A stretch of DNA of 63,082 nt, filler included, from Conidiobolus incongruus B7586 (Eukaryota): the NCBI GenBank assembly GCA_000697335.1. It is 9 parts of 9 records of this genome, joined end to end, with 100 filler letters (N's around TTAATTAATTAA, not from the genome) between each part and the next. Parts side by side here need not be neighbours in the genome. Positions count along the whole stretch, not along the records: positions 14,424 to 16,705 come from JNEM01006593.1; positions 16,806 to 18,038 come from JNEM01006596.1; positions 18,139 to 22,211 come from JNEM01006598.1; positions 22,312 to 23,895 come from JNEM01006599.1; positions 23,996 to 32,210 come from JNEM01006601.1; 4 more parts are not named here. One strand, written 5' to 3'. Numbering within the stretch: position 1 is the first letter of the stretch; each line of letters begins with the position of its first letter. Position numbers and translations under genes: made by a program. This document shows positions 14,324 to 27,068 of the stretch, piece by piece. Below the pieces are notes generated by a model. It had not been told where the DNA came from and did not search any database. It saw only the letters and a program-made list of their open reading frames with translations.

Positions 14324-14423
14324 NNNNNNNNNNNNNNNNNNNNNNNNNNNNNNNNNNNNNNNNNNNNTTAATTAATTAANNNNNNNNNNNNNNNNNNNNN
14401 NNNNNNNNNNNNNNNNNNNNNNN
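14324..14423. other. Artificial scaffold linker (N44-TTAATTAATTAA-N44)
   Basis: Identical 100-nt linker with stops in all six frames. It also occurs at 16706-16805, 18039-18138, 22212-22311, 23896-23995, 32211-32310, 41721-41820 and 43236-43335. Confidence 0.97.
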
Positions 14424-14557
14424 AATAATATATATAACTAATAAATATAATAGATTTTAATTATTTAATTTAAGTTTATTTTATTAAATATTAATTAAGT
14501 TATTAGTAGAAATATAAGTGTTTTTGATTTTATAACTTACTTTTGTGGGTTAGTGTA
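14424..14557 (+). mobile_element. Terminal inverted repeat of a Tc1 subfamily-B copy, nested inside another Tc1
   Basis: Reverse complement of 41874-42005. It ends at ...GGGTTAGTGTA and directly abuts mid-transposase sequence of the next copy. Confidence 0.7.
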
Positions 14558-15495
14558 TTAGAATAAATATCACTTATATTTTAAGAAAAAACACCCTTAA
14601 CTAAAGAAATCTTATTATAAAACTAAATGAGAGTTTAAATGCCAATACTAAAGTTGAATTAAAATTAACTAGAGTAAAGTTATTTAGTTTAATAAAACCA
14701 AGATATATTTTAATAAATTTAATAAAAAAGCTAAATATTTCAAAAAAAATAAAGAATTACTTTATAATTATTATGTTATTATAACTTAAAAATACAATAA
14801 TAGGTTAATTATAGTTTAGGGATATATATTATCTTTAGATATAGGGTATCTTTATAAAGTTGATAAAGGAATTAATATTACAATATACTAAAATATTCTA
14901 AATAATAAATTAAAAACAACTATTGAATAGTATAAGTTAAATAAATAAAATATTATATTCTAACAAAATAATACCCTTTATTATACTATAAATTCTATTA
15001 TTAAATAGTTTAAAAATAACAAAATAACTATTATAAAATAACCTCTTTAATCTTTTAATCTCAACTTAATTAAATATCTTTAAGATTAACTAAAAAAATT
15101 AATTAAAATTTTCCCTTTAGCAAAAAATTTAAATCAATTTTAAAAGTATATTTAAGAAGCTTAAAATAATATTAGTTTTATTTAATATAAGAAGCTAGTT
15201 GACCTTATACCCTATAAACTTAAAAAAGTTAGAAAAGCAAAAGATAGATATACTAGATATTAATTTTTCTATTAATACTAAAACCTATAAATTTATAACT
15301 TATCTTAAATATACTTTTAGTTTTAAGATATCAATTAATAATTAATTAAATTTAACTCTATATATTATATTATAAATAAAAAATATTTATTAATTATATA
15401 ATTTAATATAAATCTATTTAAATTAGAATTAATTAAGATATTAATAGAAATATTTATATTTTTAATTTTATGACTTATTTTTATAGGCTAGTATA
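14558..15495 (+). mobile_element. Tc1-like element, 3' part with right TIR, mutated
   Basis: Colinear with 17225-18038, and ends in ...TTTTATGACTTATTTTTATAGGCTAGTATA like 39860-39891. Confidence 0.85.
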
Positions 15496-16386
15496 TATAA
15501 ATCTAATCTTACTGATAATTGGAAATATTAAAATATTATAAAAAAATTAATATAAGTTAAAAAATATAAAATATTATAAATAATCCTAATGGAAAAAATG
15601 GAAGATTAAGTTTGTTATTTATATTAGATATAGATATATTATAAAACTAATTATTAATTATTTAATAAAGGTTATTCCTGATAATAATAATATAGTTTGT
15701 TTATTTTAAAAGTTGTTATTAATAATAAATATAGATATTTTATATAAAGTTAATATTTTAAATAAAGAGGATATTTTTATTTAGCTAGTGGAAAAATATT
15801 TATTAATATAATAATTGAAAATTAGAAATATCCTTGTTATTAAAAATTTATAATTAAATTTATATAGTTATTAAATAAATAAAATCATATTAAGATAATG
15901 CTATAATTGGGAAAATAATTTAAATTTAATTATTAAATAAAATCCAAGAGATATTTTTTATATATAATAGTATTTTTTAAATTATAATTATTTTAATTAA
16001 ATTCTATAAAAAATTTATAGTTATTATAAATATTTATTATTATAAATTATTAATTGATTATGATTTTTATATTTTGATTTTTATCAATATTAATTTAGAA
16101 AATTAAAGTTAATTTTCCCTGAAATTTCATTATTTTAAATATTTTTTCATTGTATTAACTCTAGAATTTTATCAAATGAATTAATAAAATCAATTAATAA
16201 AATCAATTATTTTTTATATATAGATATAGTATCTTTATTTATATATTATTATATTATCCTAATATTAAAAACTAAAAAGATTATATTAAATTAAGTTGGA
16301 GTATTAAAAAGTTATAAAATCAGGATATAGTTATATGGAGTTTTATTAAGAATTTTTGATAAAGACTTGGAGTTAGTTTTTTAAGA

Positions 16387-16705
16387 TATTACTCTGCATT
16401 TTTAATAATGGGAATTTTTTGCAATTAAAAATAAATAAACATTTGAATATATGATATATAAAAATAAATATATAATATAAATTTAATAGTTTCCTTTATT
16501 ATTAATAACTTTTTGCCATACTTTTGGCAAACTTCTAACACCTAAAAAACAATTCTTTTTATTAAGGACTGAAATTTGATGTTTCACAAACCAATTAAAT
16601 TTTCCTGCAGAAATTTTCTTTCCTGCAAGCTGGTTTTTTAATTGCCCAAAGCAATTATAATCACATGGGTTATAATCAAGGGAATATACTGGATGTGGTA
16701 ATTCC
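16387..16705 (-). mobile_element. Mariner element 3' end (cut by gap)
   Basis: Starts TATTACTCTGCATTTTTAATAATGGGAATTTTTT and is near-identical to 61912-62225. It encodes PHPVYSLDYNPCDYN. Confidence 0.88.
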
Positions 16706-16805
16706 NNNNNNNNNNNNNNNNNNNNNNNNNNNNNNNNNNNNNNNNNNNNTTAATTAATTAANNNNNNNNNNNNNNNNNNNNNNNNNNNNNNNNNNNNNNN
16801 NNNNN

Positions 16806-18038
16806 ATAAGTTAAGGGGGTATAAATAACAAAACTTATATATATCTTCTTTTTCTTTTGTTGTATTATATATATTATAAAACTATTAAGCTAATATTTTA
16901 AAATTAATATTATAATGCTTAAATCTCTCTCTAAAAAAGTTCACTTATATATTAATTAACTTCATAATAAAAATAAATCAACTTGTGAGATTGCTAGAAT
17001 TACTAGTGTTAATTAATCTATTATAGTTAGGGTTATTAAAAACAATGTTAAAGAAACACTTAAACTAAAATTTAAGTGTACTAAAATTATTAATAAGCAT
17101 GATAAAAAGTATATTTATAGATTAGTTAATATAGGTAAATGTAATACTACTGTAAAAATATAACAAGAATTATAAAACTATACAAGAATATTAGTTAATA
17201 CTAATACTATTATATGTGCTTTATATTAAAATAAATACTATTTATACCTTAAGAAAAAATACCCTTAACTAAAGAAGTTTTACTATAAGGTTAAGTGGGA
17301 GTTTAAATGTTAATACTAAAGTTAAACTAAAATTAACTAGAGTAAAGTTATTTAGTTTAATGAAACAAAGATATATCTTAATAAATTTAATAGAAGAGCT
17401 AGGTATTTCAAAAAAGATAAAGAACTACTTTATAACCAATATGTTATTATAACCTAAAAATACAATGATAGGTTAATTATAGTTTAAGGATATATATTAT
17501 CTTTAGGTGTAAGGTATCTTTATAAGATTAATAAGGGAATTAATGCTGAGATATACTAAAGTATTCTAAATAATAAATTGAAAAAAACTATTAAGTAATA
17601 TAAATTAAAAAAATCAAATATTATTTTCTAACAAAATAATACACCTTATTATACTATAAATTCTACTATTAAATAGCTTAAAAATAACAAAATAACTATT
17701 ATGAAATAACCTCCTCAATCTCTTAATTTTAACCCAATTGAATATTTTTGGGATCAACTAAAAAAATTAATTAAAGCTTTCCCCCTAATAAAAAATTTAC
17801 ATTAACTTTAGGAGTATATTTAAGAAACTTAGAATAATATTAATCTTGTTTAATATAAGAAGCTATTGACTTTATACCCTACAAACTTAAAGAAGTTAGA
17901 AAAGCAAAAGATAGATATACTAGATATTAATTTTTCTATTAATACTAAAACTTGCAAATTTATAACTTATCTTAAATATACTTTTAATATTAATATATCA
18001 ATTAATAATTAATTAAATTTAACTATATATATTATATT
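16806..18038 (+). mobile_element. Tc1-like DD34E transposon (transposase pseudogene 16915-17930)
   Basis: Conceptual translation shows *SKVI*FNETK (WSKVIWSDETK), V*GY, F*QNNTP (FQQDNAP) and *PPQSLNFNPIEYFW (WPPQSPDLNPIE). There are 34 residues between the second D position and E, and many TAA/TAG stops at Gln/Trp positions. Confidence 0.92.
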
Positions 18039-18138
18039 NNNNNNNNNNNNNNNNNNNNNNNNNNNNNNNNNNNNNNNNNNNNTTAATTAATTAANNNNNN
18101 NNNNNNNNNNNNNNNNNNNNNNNNNNNNNNNNNNNNNN

Positions 18139-18176
<38 letters not shown>

Positions 18177-19271
18177 GTTATAATCAATATATAAATAAAT
18201 TATTTTAAATATTGATTTTTTTATGACTAAAATTAAAAATTTAATTGAATTTTGATTATATATGATAGTTAGATAATAAATTAGAATTAAATAATAATAA
18301 TAAATGCTTTGTATTTTTAAAATTACTTTTAAGTTTTTGAAGTTTTTTATAATTACTATATATAATTAATTAATCTTTAAAATAATTAGAAAATTTTAAA
18401 TAATAGGTATAATAAATATAATATTAATTTATTTTATCTAATCTTTCTAAAGTAATTTAATTTTTGGAGAATTAAAATCTTATAATTAATTAATAATTAA
18501 AGGATATTTTATTAAAATAATAAGTAAATAGTTCATAATCAAATACTATACTAGTTTTTAAATAAATTTTATCATAAGATAAAATAAATTAATAGTTATT
18601 TAAAAGTTTATTATTATTTGTGCTAATTTAATTTTTATTTATTTATTAATTAATTTCTGATTTAAAAATATAAATATAATATAGAGAAAAACTAAATATA
18701 ATAGTTATATAACTTTTAATATAGCATTAATTATATAACATGATGATTTAAATGATATAAAGTTCAATTAAACTTTTGTAAACAATGGAGTCAATAATAC
18801 CTTACATTTTGATTATATAATATTGATAGATATAGTTTGATTTTTAAAGAAAATTCAAATAATAATCAAAAATAATGAATATTAAAAAAATGGCTTTTCT
18901 ATTTTTTTTAATATTATTATTATAGTTAATTTAACTTTTAAAATATATATTAATTAATTTATAGTTAAATAAATTTTAATGAAATATATTTATAAGAATT
19001 TTAATGATTAATCTTTTAGCAAAAGGTCATAATTTAATTATATAAACTATATACAAAAAATTTAATAAATTAATTATTAAATTTTATAATATTATTTTGC
19101 TCCTTGTATTTAAAAAATTAAAAACATTAAACACAGCAAATAGGAATATTAAAAGTAAAAATAACAGCAACATTAACATGGTTTTATTAAAAATATAAAC
19201 AAAGCTTATATATTAAGGCAAGAGAATTGCCATATTATAAGTTAATTATTTATAATAATAATAATATTAAT

Positions 19272-19306
<35 letters not shown>

Positions 19307-20506
19307 CTTAAAATGAGCCGAACTTTCAAATTTCATCAATATCATGTAAAAATGTACCGATATATCAATACTAATAGAAACATTTTTCCTCAATAAATAA
19401 TAATTAATTAAACCCGTCTACCAGAATTGGTGTTGGGGTTTTCAGACTTCATACCGGACTTGGACAAGAGTGATCAAATTTGATCAACTATGGAAAGTTT
19501 AATTGTAAGCGGTAAGCAAAACTCCACTATTGTTCTAAATCACCATGGTTTTATCAATTTAAAGTTTATTATAATTCTCATTATATTGTATTTCTACCAA
19601 TTGTAAATAATATGTAGATAATAGGATGTGGAGTGGCTCACTTGTGATTTAGTTGTTAGTTTCATGTAAGATGTTCTATTAAAGTTTATAAAGGGTACAA
19701 TGGGCTTCACAGAAGGACTGAGATGATGCTGAAAATTAATCATGATGATATTTCTTTCAAGGCCATTTGTCAGCCTTTATCGTGTGAAGAAGTGTACTGG
19801 GTTTTTGGAAGAATGTGGGACCTTGAAATGCTGTGACGGGCATTCCGGTATTATATCCCTATAATGTAATAAGCCCCAAGGTAGAATTGGTTGGAGCGGT
19901 TACTATCAGGGAAATCAGAATAAAATGGAGTTATTGGAATTAAACCTAATCTTTTCCATAGGATTCAAGGAGGTTAGTGATATCATAAATAATATTATAT
20001 TATTTTTGAATATTTAATTTATCATTGAAATTATTAACTATAAATAAAATTTTGGATTGGCTTAAGAATGGAGTTGGAGTCTTAGTTGATTAAATAAAGA
20101 ATAATGTAAGATTTTAAATAGCAATTAACATGTTTATTGAATGTAGAATTTGTTTCAAAATATCTCAAACCACACCATATCCCCTTTTTAAAAAATTTTT
20201 TATCATTAATTTATATTCTTTTAGTACCTTTGGACATAATAAAAATCATGACTTTTAATTTATCATAATATTATGATTTTGAAAAATCTTTGATTATATC
20301 ACTTGATTAAGAATATTTAAATATTTATTGTGCGTTTATAAACAAGAGTGAATGATTTTATTATTCATCTTATTACTATTAGCAATTAATTTAATAGTTA
20401 GATTATGTAATATATGAATGATATAGTAATAAAATTTTATCATTTACAATATCAATTTAAATATTGATATTGAATAAGATTCAAATTGATTATAGTTTCT
20501 ATAATA

Positions 20507-20701
20507 CTATCTGTAATAACTTAAAAGTTGGTATGATAGTGTATTATAGCTATTCGCTATATGCTCGCTCCTTTGTGCAAAGATTGAGTTTATAGCAGAT
20601 CCAACTGGAGATGTGATTCGAGAAGGTGGGAGAGTATTGTAAGCAGAGTTGGGAGCAGAAGAGAGATATCATTGTGAATCAGTTGGGTAATTATGATCCA
20701 T
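20507..20701 (-). pseudogene. 64-codon Ser/Pro-rich microprotein gene, copy 1 (TGA at codon 11)
   Basis: MDHNYPTDSQ*YLSSAPNSAYNTLPPSRITSPVGSAINSIFAQRSEHIANSYNTLSYQLLSYYR*. TATAAATA lies at 20773-20780 (minus strand). It is homologous to copy 2. Confidence 0.6.
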
Positions 20702-21619
20702 TGCTAATTATTAAATAGAGTGCTTGTATTGTATTATGAATATGTGATGAGATTGTAAGAATACTGTATAGGTATTTATAATATTTTACTCCGAACATAA
20801 TTAACAAATACAATGTTGACTGGTTTCAATAATTTGATGAAATGATTAGTTTCGCCCCATTTATTAATTCCTTATATTAGCCAATTCAACAATTATTTTA
20901 TAAATATCCGTTAAATTTGAACTAGAACATTTTGGAAAATGATCTATATACATTAATTGAATAATCGAGGTATAGTCATCTCAAAAATACATTTTGAAAA
21001 AAGGATATTTATCATAAAAATCAATTATTTCCCTTTTCCAATAATAGTAATAATATGATCCAAAAAACCCTATTTTACACTGATACAATAATGTTGGTTA
21101 TTCCAATCAATAATTTGAATTTTTATATTTATTAATCAAATTAATATAATTCCAACTATGTTATCTAAATAATAAATAATTAAAAATTATACATGATTTT
21201 TGAAGATTATAAGATATCCTTGAATTTTATTTTATAAATTAAAATTTTTAAAATTGTTTATGTTTGCATTAGATATAACATAAACTGTTTTATTGAATAT
21301 TTTGTAGATACAAGTGGATAAAAGTGAACTTTATTAATAAAATTTATCCAATTCTTATATCAATTGTATACTTATTAGCATCTATTTACAATAATCTTTA
21401 AATAAAATTATGGTTAAAGCTTCTAAAATTCACTTTTATTTGTGTCTAATCCAATTAAACAATCCAGTATTTAGTAAAATGACTATAATTACATCATTAA
21501 TCTATCCACTTATGAAGTACCTATTCAATTTCCTTTTTGAATTCACCTATAAAGCGGTTGGATAATCATTGTAAACGAAAGACTGAAATGTATTATTAGT
21601 TCAAATCATTTTTAGGTAG

Positions 21620-21627
21620 TATAAATA
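21620..21627 (+). promoter_or_regulatory. Putative TATA box of microprotein copy 2 (mirrored at 20773-20780 for copy 1)
   Basis: TATAAATA starts ~76-79 nt upstream of the ATG in both paralogs and is followed by an A/C-rich leader. Confidence 0.45.
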
Positions 21628-21695
21628 CTACTCAATACTTTGTAACAGAAGCATCAATACATTCAGTTGCATATACAAAACACTCATTGTTAAAT

Positions 21696-21889
21696 ATGGA
21701 TCAAATCTATTTAGTTGATTTAGAAAGAGCTCGTTCTTCTGCTCCCAGCTCTGCTTACATACTCCCTCACCTTCTCGAGTTACATCTCCAATTAGATCTC
21801 CAAAGGTCTCTATCGAATGGAACACATCTCGCAGGAACAGCTCCAAAGATGCTAGCATCAAATACAATCTGATGAGTTACGTCAGATAA
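21696..21889 (+). pseudogene. 64-codon Ser/Pro-rich microprotein gene, copy 2 (1-nt deletion, possibly a sequencing error)
   Basis: Restoring one A gives MDQIYLVDLERARSSAPSSAYNTPSPSRVTSPIRSPKVSIEWNTSRRNSSKDASIKYNLMSYVR*, with the same start, length and stop position as copy 1. TATAAATA lies at 21620-21627. Confidence 0.6.
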
Positions 21890-22311
21890 CAAAGAAGTTG
21901 AAATTCTTCATGTATTATATCGCTGTTGTCTTCATTTATATGTATTATATTTAATAATATTTTTATTTACTAATAAAGTTTAAGTACACTGTAATATTAT
22001 TCAATTAGTTATTTTTAGGATTTATGATGGCCATTTTATATTAAACAATTTTGAAATTGGTTAACTATTTAATTTTAATAAATGAGTTGATAAATGTATT
22101 TTTAATATAAATCTTCAAATTAGCTATATTAACTATAGAAATTAAAAGAACATTGATATGCTAGTTATGTAAATATACTAAAATATTCCAAAGTTTCAAA
22201 AAATTAGATCANNNNNNNNNNNNNNNNNNNNNNNNNNNNNNNNNNNNNNNNNNNNTTAATTAATTAANNNNNNNNNNNNNNNNNNNNNNNNNNNNNNNNN
22301 NNNNNNNNNNN

Positions 22312-23430
22312 AATAATGATCATCAAAAGTTTTTTATTTTGGTATCAGTAAAACTTAACCATAAACCCTCTAAAATTATTTAAAATTTACAAGTAGCTTT
22401 TGGTAAAGAAGTATTATCTAAATCAACAATTTATTGCTGGGTAAATTACTTTAAAGCTAGGAGAGAAACTATTCAAAACCTGCTAAAATCTAGAAGACTA
22501 ACTTCAACTATTACTCTTTCAATTATAAATAGAGTGAAAAAATATATTGAAAAGCATCTTTTTATTTCAGCTAGAGAATTATTTAAGCACTTTAATATTA
22601 GTTTTACAAGTATTTTATATATTTTAAAGTTTAAACTAAAATTAATAAATAAAAATGTAAAATGGGTACCTTATAATTTAACTAAAGCTTAAAAAAAAGC
22701 TAGAGTAGCTATTGCTAAACAAAACCTATTGAAATATTACTAGAAGCCTAGACTTTTACAGCAAATAATTACAATTGATGAATCTTAGATCCCTATGTAT
22801 AATCCTTTACCAAAACACAAATCAAGATGTTGGATTAAGCTAAATCAACCTTCTCCACAAATCCCTTTAAATAAACATTTTGTTAATAAGCAAATGTTAA
22901 TTATTATAATGGATTATAATGGTATATGCTATTTTTATTTAGTTCCTAAAAGAAAATCAATTAATAATAAACTATATATTGCTTTTTTAAATAAAAGTAT
23001 TTCCAATTGGTGTTCTTAATATAATTTGAGAAGACTTATTATTTTGCATGATAATTGCAAAATACATAAATTTAAAGCTGTAAAAAACTTTCTAATTAAA
23101 AATAACTGGAGAAAACTACCACATCCAGTATATTCCCTTGATTATAACCTATGTGATTATAATTACTTTAGGTAATTAAAAAACCAGCTTACAAGAAAGA
23201 AAATTTCTGCAAAAAAATTTAATTGGTTTGTAAAACATCAAATTTCAGTCCTTAATATAAAACTCTGTTTTTTAGGTGTTAGAAGTTTGCTAAAAGTATA
23301 GCAAAAAGTCATTAATAATAAAAGAAACTATTAAATTTATATTATATATTTATTTTTATATATTATATATTCAAATGATTATTTATTTTTAATTGCAAAA
23401 AATTCCCATTATTAAAAATACAGAGTAATA
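22312..23430 (+). mobile_element. Mariner-like DD34D transposon, mutated, with 3' TIR
   Basis: KWVPYNLT (WVPHEL-like), ITIDES*I, ILHDNCKIH and LPHPVYSLDYNLCDY are present, with 34 residues between D2 and D3. It ends ...TTCCCATTATTAAAAATACAGAGTAATA. Confidence 0.92.
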
Positions 23431-23895
23431 TTAATTAATATATTAAAATTAAAAGTATATTTAAAATAAGTTATAAATTTATAGGTTTTAATATTGATAA
23501 AAATATTAATATTTAGTATATCTACCTTTTATTTTTTTTAACTACTTTAAATTTATAAGGTATATAATCAGCTAGCTTTTTTATCAAATAAAACTAATAT
23601 TATTCAAAGCTTTTTAAATATACTTTTAAAGTTAATTTAAGTTTTTTTGTTAAGGGGAAAGCTTTAATTAATTTTTTTAATTCATTTTAAAAATATTAAA
23701 TTAGGTTAAGATTAAAATATTGATGAGATTATTTTATAATAGTTATTTGGTTATTTTCAAGTATTTAATAATAAAATTTATAATATAACAAAAGATATTA
23801 TTATATTAGAAAAAAATATTTTATTTATTTAACTTATATTACTTAATAGTTTTTATAATTTATTTTTTAAAATATTTTAATATATTTTAATATTA
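23431..23895 (-). mobile_element. Tc1-like element, 3' fragment (host of the mariner insertion)
   Basis: Colinear with 38478-38940 (inner TIR plus transposase C-terminus). Confidence 0.8.
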
Positions 23896-26800
23896 NNNNN
23901 NNNNNNNNNNNNNNNNNNNNNNNNNNNNNNNNNNNNNNNTTAATTAATTAANNNNNNNNNNNNNNNNNNNNNNNNNNNNNNNNNNNNNNNNNNNNTATTA
24001 AAAAAATTTTAAGTTTAATTTTACAAAGTCCATAAAACTTTTATTAAATAGTTATATTTTTTATTTTCTTAATAAAACTTTTAAAATATTATTATCATAA
24101 ATTGATAATAACTTATTTATATCAGCTATTAATTAGATATATTGCTATTAACCAGAATTATAATTAAAATATATTAATTGAAATAAATATAATTCAATTA
24201 TACTATTTATTAATTTTATTTAAATATACCAACAAATAAGTCTTATAATCAGAAATTAAATTATTTATAAAAAATATAAGCTGGCTTATATGTTCTTACC
24301 AAAATCTTTAGTTTATATCATAGAATAGATAATTTTAATATGATATATAAATAGAATAATCATTAAGTGAATAAGTTAAATAAATTAAGGAAATGAAAAT
24401 ATAATATAATTTAATAAAATTATATGGTATTTTCAAAAATTTTGTTTATTATTTAGCATTATGATAATTATCTTATATAAAATATAATATAAAATCATTT
24501 AATTTTAACTAATATATTTCCATTGAATTATAATTTGAAATGTGTATTAATGTTTAACTATATTAGAAAGAATATCACCAATTAATTTTCATTAAAAACA
24601 ACAATGCAAATAAAAACCAAATTAGAAATTTATTGAAATAAATAACTAAAAAGCTGTTAAATGATCTCCAAATATTCTGTAGATCATCGTGACGTATTAT
24701 AAAAATATTTAAACGGTTTTAAAAATTAATTTATCAGTTTGGATTGAATTATAAACTGATAAATTTAATGGTATAGTTTTTTCAATGAATTAATTAATTC
24801 CAAAGTTTAAACACATTTTATACCTAATGCTTGTTTTTGATTTGTTTTAATTTGAGCATTTTACTATGAAGTTCACTAAAGAATTATATTATGCTTATGC
24901 TGAATCGGAATTTTTGGGAGGCATTTTCTTGGTAACGATAAATTTTAACGCAATATGCAATGTTTTAATTCTAGAATTAATTCTTTAGTGCTTTATCATA
25001 AATAGTATTAATTTGACGCTATATTATAATGAATTGATAATAATATAGATTATTACTTGATATTTTAATATGTTGATTCAAGAGATATAGATAAACATTA
25101 AATCTTAAGATCTTATTTTATTACATATAGATAACTTTATAATAATACCCAAGACTTGTAAAAAATTTCTAAATATTGCGAAAAAAAATCTAAACTTTAA
25201 TTTTTTTTCAAGATGATATTTCTTCAACATTCAAATATTCTTAAATTTTCTAATTATTTAAATCAAATTGTATAATCAATAATATCATTATGTATACTTG
25301 ACTCTAATATCTAGATATATTTATCATAATAATTAAATTGTTTATAATTAAATTAATTTTGGAAAGATAAAGACCATTTTATCAATCTAAATTTTAATTA
25401 TTTTACTAGTAATATTTAAAAGTTAAAACTTAGATTTAAAAACCCTCTGAAATAGTAGTATATACAACATATCATTTAAGTATTTATATATAAAAATAGA
25501 ATATACAATCTATTTTTGAAATTGATATATTTTTATCTAATTGAATTTAATAAATTTGGTTTTAAATGCTAAAAATAATGTCTTACCTGTTTTGACAATT
25601 ATTAAAAAGCTGAAATACTTGATTCATATTAAGTAGTAGGCTTGAATTTGCTAATATTTAGTTTATTCAATTTATTTAAAATATTAAATGGATATATATT
25701 TAACAATTTGTATAAATTTTCCCAAATTTGTTGACTATTCGAGTTAGTTGTATATTTCAACTATAACTATATTATATTGATAATAGAAAAATTTACCAAA
25801 TTTAATAATAATAATTTATTTTTAGACAAACTAAATATTGATTCAAATAATATAAATTATTGATTGCAATAATGATAAATCTCCATAATTTATCAATATA
25901 CAATCAATTTAACTCATTAATAATTCAATAGCATATTCGGAGTAACAGTCATGGAATTATTTTAACTAAATTGAAATAAATATTGTCTTAATATGAATAT
26001 TGTGATTAATTTGTTAATTTTTTTGAACAATTATTCGATGATCTATATTACCAATTAAATTCGAATATTATTGAAATAGGGATTTTTATCTTGATTTTTT
26101 ATTAATATTCAATTTTCGAATTCTTAATATGGAAAATATTAGAATTAATATGTTAATTAGAGTATATGGTACTAGAATTTTTTACAAGGCACAAATGAAA
26201 TTAGTAACTAGTTTGATATTTGCAACCATAATCACTGATATATCTAGTACTTTATATGATTTTTGTTGATATTTGAATAATAATAAAATAATAGTTAATA
26301 TTTTATATTTTTATTTTATTTCAAATTATTATTTCAAAACAATTATGCTTGAAGCGTTCTAAATTAAATAGAAATTCATTTAATTATAAAAGTTGAATAT
26401 CAAATAAATTTAAAATATATAATGACATAGGAGGAATATTACTTATGTAGCTAATTTCATTTCTCATGTGATATAAATTTTTATTGGTTTGGTTGAATAT
26501 AATAGAAAACACGAGATAATGGATGTATAATAATAAATTTAACTTGTATCGGCATTCTATAGCTTATATTCGAAATGAAAACTTATCAAAAGTGGCTTTC
26601 AGAATTAATCGATTAGATGTACTTAAGTCTTAAACAGGACCCTTAAATAGATAAAATTCCTATGTAACTCATTGGACAATTTGATGATAACCTCATTAGC
26701 TCAGTAGAAATTTTGAATTTAATTAACCTAATAATCATTCACCTCTATCTTAAATTATACTCTTTAGCTTTAATCAACTCGTTATCAGCCCCTTTTGTGC

Positions 26801-27068
26801 GCTAAATTGTTGATTCTAATATCAATTTATTAATTAATTCTTTAATTTAGTTCCATTGTATAAACAAAGATAAACTGGTTTAATAGGGACCAAAAATGAC
26901 TACTTTTTTCAAATAAGTCCCTCAACCTCTGTAAATGAATTATCTACCTCTTCTCCTATCTCAGATTCTCAAGAGCTAGAGCCACACTCAGAAGAGCTAT
27001 CTTCTGTAAAAGAAGTTGACAATCAGCCTGCTTCCGATCTTTCTGTAAAACCGGACACTCTTTCAGAT

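Noticed and set aside
366..18038. Possible reassignment of TAA/TAG/TGA to sense codons (many in-frame stops at Gln/Trp/Arg positions)
   Set aside because: Intact genes (tubulins, GH47, SDRs) have no internal stops and end in TAA/TAG. Stops are confined to TEs and pseudogenes and vary between copies.
21628..21867. 79-aa minus-strand ORF in the ORF track
   Set aside because: It has a non-ATG start and is antisense to the microprotein. TATA, ATG and stop conservation between the paralogs supports the opposite strand.
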